Shown one piece after another: positions 44,626-52,874 of a DNA stretch of 64,000 nucleotides (positions are counted from its first letter, which is position 1; each line of letters opens with the position of its first letter). Both the position numbers and the translations under genes were made by a program. The stretch covers positions 4,305 through 68,304 of the forward strand of contig JAGBAV010000037.1 of NCBI GenBank assembly GCA_017938795.1, read 5' to 3'. Source of the DNA: Clostridia bacterium (GTDB lineage Bacteria > Bacillota > Clostridia > Christensenellales > Aristaeellaceae). The notes beneath the pieces are model-generated. The model made no database searches. It was not told the origin of the DNA and was given only the letters and a program-made list of their open reading frames with translations.

Positions 44626-47070
44626 ATGCCGCGCATTTCAATTATTATGCCGGTATACAATATGGAGGCGTACCTGCCCGGTACGCTGGGATCCTGGGCG
44701 GCGCAGACGCTTGAGGATATCGAAGTGATCTGCGTTGACGACTGCAGCACGGATGGTTCTTACGCGCTGCTGCAGGCGTGGGCGCAGAAGGATCCGAGGT
44801 TTATCGTTCGCCGGTTTGAGCAGAATCAGTCTGCATGGATGGCGCGCAAGCTCGGCATCCAGCTTGCTCGCGGCGAATACATCATGTTCGCCGACGCTGA
44901 TGACGAGATCGCGCCGCAGGCCTGCGAGGAGCTCTATGCCCAGATGCAGGAGCAGCCGGTGGATATTCTCCAGTTCAATACGGAGATTATCAATGTGAAT
45001 GGCCTGCCCGAGAAGCGGATTGAGGCTATGCAGGCGTTTGTTACGCCGTATGATGGCACGCTGAATGGCAGCGAAGTGTTTGATGGCTGCTTCCGCGAGA
45101 AGAAGTACATGTTTTCCTTGTGGAACAAGATTTACAGCGCGGAGCTGTGCCGTAAGGCAGCGCGGGATATGGAGGATGCCATTCTGCCAAAGGCGCAGGA
45201 CAAGCTGGCATATCTGATTCTGGCGTATCATGCCCGCAGCTACCGTGGATTGCCGGACAAGTGCTACTACAAGTACTACTTTGGCCGCGGCGGTACGGGC
45301 TTTAACCGCATGACCATGAAGCAGTTCGAACGTTACTGCACCATGGCGCGCATTGTGGACGGCGCGAAGCGCTTCTTCGAGAGTAAGGGCGAGCTGGAGG
45401 CGTATGCGGATGTCGAGGAGACGAACCGCAGGCAGTTGATGAATGATTGTCTTTCACGATGGCTGACCGAAGTGCCGGAAAGCGATTCGGTGCGTGCGTT
45501 CGATCTGATGTTTGATTACTGGCGTGCAGATGATATCATCAGTGTTCTGGCAGAGAAAATGTACTTTGACCGATATGCGGTGATGAAAAAAATCTTGGGC
45601 GCCAACATGCTGACATACGATAGGCGGCCGGTTAAAACGGTTGCGGCGTATTATCACTCTTGTGTGAATGGCGGTGTGCAGCGTGTGCTATGCCAGCTGT
45701 GTGAGCTGTGGGTGAAGATGGGACTCAACGTTGTCGTACTGACAGATGAACAGCCAGAGGAGAATGATTATCCGCTACCAACATGCGTGAAGCGTGTTAT
45801 GTTGCCACACTACATGGAGACAAACCGACATAATTATGGAGATAGGTGCCGTGCATGGCAAAGCATTATCCGCGAATACGACATTGATGCTGTGGTCTAT
45901 CATGCATGGACGTTGAACATGATGCTCTGGGATGAGATGGCAATCAAGTCCGGCAGTGCAGCACTGATTGCGCACTGTCATAATGTGTTTTCGCTCAGCA
46001 TTCTCAGAGGATGGGATTCTGTGCGCAATATGATGGCGGCTTATCCGCTTGCCGATGGTGTTGTCACGCTCAGCGGTACGGACCGCGAATTCTGGAGCCA
46101 CTATAATGCCAATACCTATCAGACCATCAATCCTTTTACCGAGGAACCCGGTGTTTGGACGCCATCTGCCTGTGATACGCATGATATTCTCTGGCTGGCG
46201 CGGATCTCGTATGAGAAGCATCCCTTCGACGCGCTGCATATTATTCGCCGCGTCGCGGAGGCTGTGCCGGACGTGAAGCTGCATATCGTCGGAGATGCCA
46301 AAGAGGATAAAATCAGGGAAGATTTCCATAACGAGATTGAACGGATGGAATTGGAAGAGCATGTCGTACTGCATGGCTTTCAGCGGGATGTCAAGCCGTA
46401 TTACAGCAATGCTAGCGTGTTTTTAATGACCTCAGAGTATGAGGGATATCCGTTGACGCTGCAAGAGAGCAAGATGGCTGGCCTCCCCTGTGTCATGTAT
46501 GAATTGCCGTATCTGACGCTTGCAGAGGATGGGAGAGGCATCATCTCCGTGCCGCAAGGCAATATCAGCATGGCGGCACAGGCGCTGATTGAACTGCTGA
46601 CAAATGATGAAATGCGCAAGGAGTACGGGAGAGCTGCAAGGCGGCACGTAGAGGAACTGTTTGGTTTTGATTTTGATAAACTGTGGACAGAAATCTTCGA
46701 AAGCCTTACGCGGGAGAGAGTGCCCATTTCCTATGGATGCAGTTATCGCATGCTTGAGACGCTGATTGACCATCATGAAATGAACCATAAGCGCGAGAAG
46801 AAGAAGATCAGTTTGCTTGAGAAGCGGATCGACGAACGACAGAAAAAGTATGATGATGAGCGTGAAAAGAGTACTTATCTGAGGAAGAAGGTTGCCTACC
46901 TGCGTAATAAAGCAGAAAAACAGGAAAAGACTGCTATAGTAAATCCCGGTAAACTTGTCCGGGCGGCTGTGCTTGTGGAAAAGGGATTCCATGTGTTCAG
47001 AGAAAAAGGGGCTGTCTATGCAATTAGGCGTGCTATGTCCAGAATCAGACGCTGTATTATTCGGAAATAA
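44626..47070 (+). CDS. bifunctional glycosyltransferase (GT2 domain + GT4/GT1 domain) with C-terminal coiled coil
   Basis: GT2: ISIIMPVYNMEAYL...VICVDDCSTDGS. GT4: SEYEGYPLTLQESKMAGLPCV. K/E-rich tail. Start is uncertain (GTG 44566 vs ATG 44626). Low GC. Confidence 0.8.
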   Translation: MPRISIIMPVYNMEAYLPGTLGSWAAQTLEDIEVICVDDCSTDGSYALLQAWAQKDPRFIVRRFEQNQSAWMARKLGIQLARGEYIMFADADDEIAPQACEELYAQMQEQPVDILQFNTEIINVNGLPEKRIEAMQAFVTPYDGTLNGSEVFDGCFREKKYMFSLWNKIYSAELCRKAARDMEDAILPKAQDKLAYLILAYHARSYRGLPDKCYYKYYFGRGGTGFNRMTMKQFERYCTMARIVDGAKRFFESKGELEAYADVEETNRRQLMNDCLSRWLTEVPESDSVRAFDLMFDYWRADDIISVLAEKMYFDRYAVMKKILGANMLTYDRRPVKTVAAYYHSCVNGGVQRVLCQLCELWVKMGLNVVVLTDEQPEENDYPLPTCVKRVMLPHYMETNRHNYGDRCRAWQSIIREYDIDAVVYHAWTLNMMLWDEMAIKSGSAALIAHCHNVFSLSILRGWDSVRNMMAAYPLADGVVTLSGTDREFWSHYNANTYQTINPFTEEPGVWTPSACDTHDILWLARISYEKHPFDALHIIRRVAEAVPDVKLHIVGDAKEDKIREDFHNEIERMELEEHVVLHGFQRDVKPYYSNASVFLMTSEYEGYPLTLQESKMAGLPCVMYELPYLTLAEDGRGIISVPQGNISMAAQALIELLTNDEMRKEYGRAARRHVEELFGFDFDKLWTEIFESLTRERVPISYGCSYRMLETLIDHHEMNHKREKKKISLLEKRIDERQKKYDDEREKSTYLRKKVAYLRNKAEKQEKTAIVNPGKLVRAAVLVEKGFHVFREKGAVYAIRRAMSRIRRCIIRK

Positions 47071-47105
47071 TTTTGCGCTGCCTGAAAAGACAAGAATGAA
47101 AGGGA

Positions 47106-49109
47106 ATGGATATGGGAAATCAATTGTATGACAAGATTTACGGCAAGCCGACGCCTGAACAGCCATATTATGATTGCCTGTATGCGAGGGGATTTCTGAT
47201 TGCTGACCGGGAATACACCGTTCTGGATCATTGGAAGCGGATGTATTTCGGCTGTGGTCTGTATATTACCTATGACCCGGATAATCCATGTGTATACGTT
47301 GAACAGAATGATGCGTGGACGCTGATTCTGGGCACAGTGATGGACATGATCGACTGGCATATGGACAGCGGAATTGTGGCACGCAAGGTGGTACAGCTGT
47401 ATCAGAAAGGTGAGAATGCTCTGTATGACTATCTGGATGAGCTGGGCGGCAGACATTTGATTGTATATGGCGATAAGGAGCATGCGTATCTGGTGCAGGA
47501 TGCGACCGGTATGCGATCCTTGTGTTATTACCGCCATGAACTGCTGGCAGCGTCGCATTACCAGATTATTGCGGGGATCACGGGTGCGGAGCGACTTGAG
47601 TTTGTCAGGGAATATGTGGAGCGGAAGCCCCTGCCGTGGCTGCTTCCGGGCAACTGCACGCCATTCGTTGATGTTATGGCCATGATGCCCAATCACAGAC
47701 TGGAACTTCACGGCATGAGACTTAAGCGAATCTTCCCGCGCGGACCGAGGCTGAACGCCGACGTCAACGAAGTGATGGATTATATCGCTGACTGCTGTAA
47801 AAAGCAGATGGATGTTCTGACGGCTGACAGAAAACTGATCTTTTCCCTCACAAGAGGCAACGATGCCCGTATAACACTGGCTGCTTTGGGCGGCAAGACC
47901 GATGGACATATCTTCTATACATATCATGCACGTGGCGATCAGGCGCAGGAGGTTGACTATATATTCACCAAAGCGTTCTGCAAGGAACATCAGATGGAAT
48001 TTGTCGAGATTCCGATGGATGGAAAAGCTGTGCAGGATGAGTTTGATAAACTAAGTCCGGTTTGTTATCACAATCACTATCACCAGCATGTATTCCGAGC
48101 AATTCCCGGCGTCAGGGCGCATCTGCCGAAGGGAAGACTGGCTGTGCGGTCGAATCTGGTGGAGATTATCCGTTCGGACTTCTATTCGGATCTCCCGCAG
48201 TATTGTGATTGGGAAAAGGTTGCGCGCAGATTGTCATACCCGGATAAGATGGATGACGAATGGTATCGCTCGACAATGAAGCGCTTCTATGATGAGCATG
48301 AATTTGGGAACATCTACGATTATCATACGGGAGATCTGATCTATTGGGAATACAGAATGGGATTGTGGATGAACAGCGCTGTGTTGCTCAAGGATGATAC
48401 CTGTTTTGACACTTATATGCTGTTTAACCAGCGGAAGCTGCTTCAATACGGTCTGGGCATCCCACGGTATTTCAAAAAGATGGATACCGTCGTTCATGAA
48501 GTGATCCGGCGTCTTCAGCCTAAGCTGCTGTATGATATTCCCAACACAGAGTATACGCTGATGGATTATTATCTCCCGGATAGCAGGACGATGATTGAAC
48601 TGGGCGGCGGGACGATGACGGGAATGTCGGCTCAGAAAGAGGCGATCCCCGTTTACCTGTCGGCAGGGCGTTTTCAGGCGGTGTGCAGCTTTGGCAGCAG
48701 CAAGATCCGGAAGGGAGACCTGTATAAGTACCGCATTCCTTTCAGGATTGAACACAGTGGTGTATATGCTGTTCAGATCACGGTATTTGTGCCGAGCATT
48801 CTGCAGAAAGCTTCAAGTTTTGCGTGGTTTGAAGTTCTGCTGTGCGGAAAGCTTTGCTATAAACAGAATCTGTTGGATTATGCGAATAAGGATAATCAGA
48901 TCAATATCGTAACAAAACTTGATCCGGGAGAGAAAAGCATCACATTTGTTATGCACTCGAAGACTGACTATGACGCCGGCAGTCACGAACCGGGTGTTCT
49001 TCTGATCCGCAGCATAACAGCATCCAGACAGTTCAACTACGAAGAACCCGAAGAGCCGATTGTAATGACAACCAGCCAGATGTATGCACAGAAAGTGAAA
49101 AAGAAATAA
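47106..49109 (+). CDS. hypothetical protein (distant asparagine-synthetase-B-like layout, motifs degenerate)
   Basis: 667 aa with clean coding periodicity and a GAAAGGGA RBS. Segments DATGMRSLCYYRHELLAASHYQII and LIFSLTRGNDARITLAAL recall the AsnB Ntn and PP-loop regions, but without the catalytic consensus. Confidence 0.7.
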   Translation: MDMGNQLYDKIYGKPTPEQPYYDCLYARGFLIADREYTVLDHWKRMYFGCGLYITYDPDNPCVYVEQNDAWTLILGTVMDMIDWHMDSGIVARKVVQLYQKGENALYDYLDELGGRHLIVYGDKEHAYLVQDATGMRSLCYYRHELLAASHYQIIAGITGAERLEFVREYVERKPLPWLLPGNCTPFVDVMAMMPNHRLELHGMRLKRIFPRGPRLNADVNEVMDYIADCCKKQMDVLTADRKLIFSLTRGNDARITLAALGGKTDGHIFYTYHARGDQAQEVDYIFTKAFCKEHQMEFVEIPMDGKAVQDEFDKLSPVCYHNHYHQHVFRAIPGVRAHLPKGRLAVRSNLVEIIRSDFYSDLPQYCDWEKVARRLSYPDKMDDEWYRSTMKRFYDEHEFGNIYDYHTGDLIYWEYRMGLWMNSAVLLKDDTCFDTYMLFNQRKLLQYGLGIPRYFKKMDTVVHEVIRRLQPKLLYDIPNTEYTLMDYYLPDSRTMIELGGGTMTGMSAQKEAIPVYLSAGRFQAVCSFGSSKIRKGDLYKYRIPFRIEHSGVYAVQITVFVPSILQKASSFAWFEVLLCGKLCYKQNLLDYANKDNQINIVTKLDPGEKSITFVMHSKTDYDAGSHEPGVLLIRSITASRQFNYEEPEEPIVMTTSQMYAQKVKKK

Positions 49110-49174
49110 ACAACTCATTCCGGGGCCGCATTGCGGCGCGGACATAACACATTGATATCAAGGAGGAAGTACAT

Positions 49175-50569
49175 ATGGAAAGAAAGAACGCATGGACGAC
49201 CTATGACGCAGCGGCGATGGAGAAGGTCGAGGCCTTCGCCAAGGCGTACTGCGCCTATATCAACGAGGGAAAGACCGAGCGCGAGTGCGTGACAGCCTCC
49301 GTCCGCGAGGCTCAGGCCGCCGGCTTTGAGGATCTGTTCGCGCTGGTGAAGGCGGGGAAGAAGCTCGCCGCCGGCGACAAGGTCTATGTCAACTGGATGA
49401 ACAAGTGCTTTATCTGCTTCGTCATCGGCGAGAAGCCGCTGAGCGAGGGCATGAACATCGTCGGCGCGCACATCGACTCCCCGCGCATCGACGTCAAGCA
49501 GAACCCGCTGTATGAGGATTCTGACTTCGCGTATCTGGATACGCACTACTACGGCGGTATCAAGAAGTATCAGTGGGTCGCGACCCCGCTGGCGCTGCAC
49601 GGCGTGATCTGCAGGAAGGACGGCACGATCGTTACCGTCGCCATCGGCGAGGATGAGGCGGACCCGGTCTTCTATATCTCCGATCTGCTGCCGCATCTGG
49701 CGCAGGATCAGATGGCGAAGAATGCCCGCGAGATCATCCCGGGCGAGGATCTCAACCTGATCATCGGCGGCAGGCCGATGCCCGAGTGCGAGAAGGAAGC
49801 CGTCAAGAGCGGCGTGCTCGCGCTGCTCGCCGAGAAGTACGGCGTGGAGGAAGAGGACTTCCTCTCTGCGGAGCTGGAGATCGTGCCCGCCGGCAAGGCG
49901 CGCGACGTCGGCTTTGACCGCAGTATGATCCTCGCCTACGGCCATGACGACCGCGTCTGCGCGTATCCGTCGATGATGGCGGTGCTCGATTACGAGGGCG
50001 TCCCGGCGTATACGATCTGCGCCGTACTGACCGACAAGGAGGAGATCGGTTCCGTTGGCGCGACCGGCATGGACTCCCGCTACTTCGAGAACATCGTCGC
50101 CGAGCTGTGTGAGCTCGCGGGCGAGAGCGGCAATCTCGCCGTCCGCCGTACGCTGAGCAACAGCCGCATGCTCTCCAGCGACGTCAGCGCGGGCTACGAC
50201 CCGAACTTCGCCTCTGCGTTTGAGAAGAAGAATTCTGCGTTCCTCGGCCGCGGCGTGTGCTTCAATAAGTTCACCGGCCGCGCCGGCAAGGGCGGCTCCA
50301 GCGACGCGAACGCCGAGTACATCGCCGTGCTGCGCCGCATCATGGACGACGCGGGCGTCAACTTCCAGACGGCGGAGCTGGGCCGCGTGGATCTGGGCGG
50401 CGGCGGAACGATCGCCTACATGTGCGCCAAGTACGGCATGAACGTGATCGACTCCGGCGTGGCGGTGCTCTCCATGCATGCGCTCTACGAGCTCATCAGC
50501 AAGGCCGACCTGTACGAGGCTTACAAGTGCTACTGCGCGTTCCTGAAGAACGCGGGCCCGGTGGCGTAA
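49175..50569 (+). CDS. M18-family aminopeptidase
   Basis: 464 aa with VGAHIDSPRIDVK and ...DKEEIGS.GATG metal-site blocks. AAGGAGGAAG RBS. Confidence 0.85.
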   Translation: MERKNAWTTYDAAAMEKVEAFAKAYCAYINEGKTERECVTASVREAQAAGFEDLFALVKAGKKLAAGDKVYVNWMNKCFICFVIGEKPLSEGMNIVGAHIDSPRIDVKQNPLYEDSDFAYLDTHYYGGIKKYQWVATPLALHGVICRKDGTIVTVAIGEDEADPVFYISDLLPHLAQDQMAKNAREIIPGEDLNLIIGGRPMPECEKEAVKSGVLALLAEKYGVEEEDFLSAELEIVPAGKARDVGFDRSMILAYGHDDRVCAYPSMMAVLDYEGVPAYTICAVLTDKEEIGSVGATGMDSRYFENIVAELCELAGESGNLAVRRTLSNSRMLSSDVSAGYDPNFASAFEKKNSAFLGRGVCFNKFTGRAGKGGSSDANAEYIAVLRRIMDDAGVNFQTAELGRVDLGGGGTIAYMCAKYGMNVIDSGVAVLSMHALYELISKADLYEAYKCYCAFLKNAGPVA

Positions 50570-50584
50570 CCGCAGACCAAAAAC

Positions 50585-50616
50585 AAGCGCCTTCCCTGTA
50601 TGGGAAGGCGCTTTCT
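50585..50616 (+). terminator. intrinsic terminator after the aminopeptidase gene
   Basis: agcgccttccc / tgtat / gggaaggcgct, then ttct. Confidence 0.75.
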
Positions 50617-50684
50617 GCATGCCGAAAACCTTTCGGCGTACGAACCGGCACAGCGCTGTATTCACCGGATGATTCACATAACAG

Positions 50685-50716
50685 AGAAAGCCCCGTCCTT
50701 TCGGACGGGGCTTTGA
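50685..50716 (-). terminator. intrinsic terminator after the pfk gene
   Basis: aaagccccgtcc / tttc / ggacggggcttt. Confidence 0.75.
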
Positions 50717-50719
50717 AGA

Positions 50720-51964
50720 TTACTTCGCGAAAACCTTCTTGAGCTGCACGAAGCGCGGCAGGCCGTCTTCCTTGACCATGCCGGTCTCGCCCTGAATCAG
50801 CGGCAGGCAGTAGTCGATGAAGCCCTGAGTGACGCCGTTGTGCTCGGCATTGATCCACTCGAGCGGAACCTTCTTCTCGGTGTTGGCGACGAGGCTGAGG
50901 TCGAAGAGCTTCGCCTCGCACTTGTAGCCGCTCTCGTCACGGGTGCAGGCGAAGCCGACCATCTTGTCGGTCTCGCCGGCGACAGCGGCCTCAACCGCGA
51001 CCTTGCCGGACATGAAGGACTCGGCGATGTCGGTGCCGGAGGCGCAGTGCGCGGCGCAGCGCTGGAGCAGGCTCAGCTCGATCGGGCGGACCTTTGCGCC
51101 GGTCGCAGCCTTGACGACATCGGCCAGACGGGCAGCCAGACCGCCCAGCTGGGCATGGCCGAAGCCGTCGGTGCCGGAGGTCTTCGCCTCGGAGACGAAG
51201 GTGCCGTCGGCATAGTGCACGCCCTCGGAGACCGCGACGATGCAGTTCTTCTTGGCGCCGTAGACGCGCTTGATGTCGGCGATGAACTGATCCATGTCGA
51301 AGTCGACCTCCGGCAGGTAGATCAGGTCGGGGCCGTCGCCCTTGACGCCCGCGAGCGCAGCGGCGGCGGTCAGCCAGCCGGCGTGACGGCCCATGCACTC
51401 GATGATGGTGATCATGCCGGTGTCGTAGACCTGGCTGTCACGGGAGACTTCCATGACGGAGGTGGCGATGTACTTCGCGGCGGAGGCGAAGCCCGGGCAG
51501 TGGTCGGTGCCGGCCAGATCGTTATCGATGGTCTTCGGCACGCCCATGACGCGGCACTCATAGCCAACGCGGCTCATGTACTTGGAGATCTTGTTGCAGG
51601 TATCCATGGAGTCGTTGCCGCCGTTGTAGAAGAAATAGCGGACATCGTACTTCTTGAAGATCTCAAGGATGCGCTTGTAGTCGGTGTCGTCGACGTCCGG
51701 GTCGGCGATCTTATAGCGGCAGGAGCCCAGCGCAGAGGACGGGGTGTGGAGCATATTCTCCAGCTCGGCGGCGTCCTCCTCGTCCATGATCATCAGCTCG
51801 TCGTTCAGGACGCCCTTGATGCCATGATGCGCGCCGTAAACGCGGGTGATATTCGGATTCTCCAGGCCGGCCTTGATGACGCCGTAGGCGGAGCAGTTGA
51901 TGACGGCAGACGGGCCGCCGGACTGGCCGACGATCAGGGAGCCGACGAGAGTCTTCTCGGACAT
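50720..51964 (-). CDS. 6-phosphofructokinase family, long PPi-dependent-like clade
   Basis: IVGQSGGPSAVINCS, GGNDS and GVPKTIDNDL. 414 aa. Phosphoryl-donor specificity cannot be proven from the sequence alone. Confidence 0.88.
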   Translation of the reverse strand: MSEKTLVGSLIVGQSGGPSAVINCSAYGVIKAGLENPNITRVYGAHHGIKGVLNDELMIMDEEDAAELENMLHTPSSALGSCRYKIADPDVDDTDYKRILEIFKKYDVRYFFYNGGNDSMDTCNKISKYMSRVGYECRVMGVPKTIDNDLAGTDHCPGFASAAKYIATSVMEVSRDSQVYDTGMITIIECMGRHAGWLTAAAALAGVKGDGPDLIYLPEVDFDMDQFIADIKRVYGAKKNCIVAVSEGVHYADGTFVSEAKTSGTDGFGHAQLGGLAARLADVVKAATGAKVRPIELSLLQRCAAHCASGTDIAESFMSGKVAVEAAVAGETDKMVGFACTRDESGYKCEAKLFDLSLVANTEKKVPLEWINAEHNGVTQGFIDYCLPLIQGETGMVKEDGLPRFVQLKKVFAK

Positions 51965-52267
51965 GGTGATTTCCTCCTATAGTAAATGTTGTGAGTTGGA
52001 ATGATGAATTCACAGGAATCCCAAAACAAATATAATATAGCATAAAGGGAAAGGAATGGCAAATCTTTTTTGACAATTCTCCGGCGTTGCACAAACTTCA
52101 TGGGTGTGGTAAAATGGCGGCCTGTTTTCCTGTGGATATTGCTGAATTGCGGGAAATGGAAAATTATTATTGTCAGGCGGGATGCTTTTCCCGGGGGCGC
52201 TCGTCTATATAGTGTCGGGCGCACCGGCCCTGACAGAATAACAAACAGAAACATGGAGGAAACTCAT

Positions 52268-52807
52268 ATGAACAAGAAGATGATTCTGATCGCGGGGACG
52301 ATCCTCGCGCTGATTCTTGCCGCGGGCGTCTGCGCCCTTGCGATGGGCGGCACGGTGGTGGAGTCCGTGCCGGAGGAGATCCACGGCCTGAGCGGCGTGA
52401 TCGTGGACGTCGGCAGCGGCGCGGTGGTCTTTGAGGATGCGCAGCACGGCATGGTGCAGGCGAACCTGACGGACAGCACGGTCTTTGAGGGTGTTGACGC
52501 GGGCGAGCTGGAGGTCGGCGGCTACATCTTCGTTGACTATGACGGCAAGATGACCCGCTCCCTCCCGGCGCAGGTGACCGCCCTGCGCGTGTATGTCCAC
52601 ATGATCGCCGGCGAGGTGACGCAGGTTGACGGCGGCTCCGTTACCATCGTGAAGGATGAGACCGGCGAGGAGATCGTCGTCCACCTGCCGGAGGATGCGG
52701 GCATGATCGCCGTGGGCGACCATGTCACCGCCGCCACCAACGGCGCGATGACCATGTCCCTGCCGCCGCAGGTCTCCGCCGTGCAGATCGCGGTGGACGC
52801 GCAGTAA
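52268..52807 (+). CDS. hypothetical membrane-anchored/secreted protein with two internal repeats
   Basis: GGAGGAAAC RBS. N-terminal anchor MNKKMILIAGTILALILAAGVCALA. Repeated module endings ...DYDGKMTRSLPAQVTALRV and ...ATNGAMTMSLPPQVSAVQI. Confidence 0.6.
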   Translation: MNKKMILIAGTILALILAAGVCALAMGGTVVESVPEEIHGLSGVIVDVGSGAVVFEDAQHGMVQANLTDSTVFEGVDAGELEVGGYIFVDYDGKMTRSLPAQVTALRVYVHMIAGEVTQVDGGSVTIVKDETGEEIVVHLPEDAGMIAVGDHVTAATNGAMTMSLPPQVSAVQIAVDAQ

Positions 52808-52817
52808 CCGAAGCGAC

Positions 52818-52848
52818 AAAAAGCCAGAGCAGAACGCTCTGGCTTTTG
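52818..52848. terminator. bidirectional terminator
   Basis: aaaagccagagc / agaac / gctctggctttt. Confidence 0.75.
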
Positions 52849-52874
52849 CTGTTTTTTGGATATGCATGATGGAA

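Noticed and set aside
40157-44641. Long minus-strand ORFs (40157..41716, 41838..42752, 43268..44641) antisense to the DUF1295, membrane, GNAT-NTR and MFS genes
   Set aside because: They are extremely R/H/Q/A-rich translations, characteristic of antisense frames in high-GC DNA. The plus-strand genes have RBSs and family motifs.
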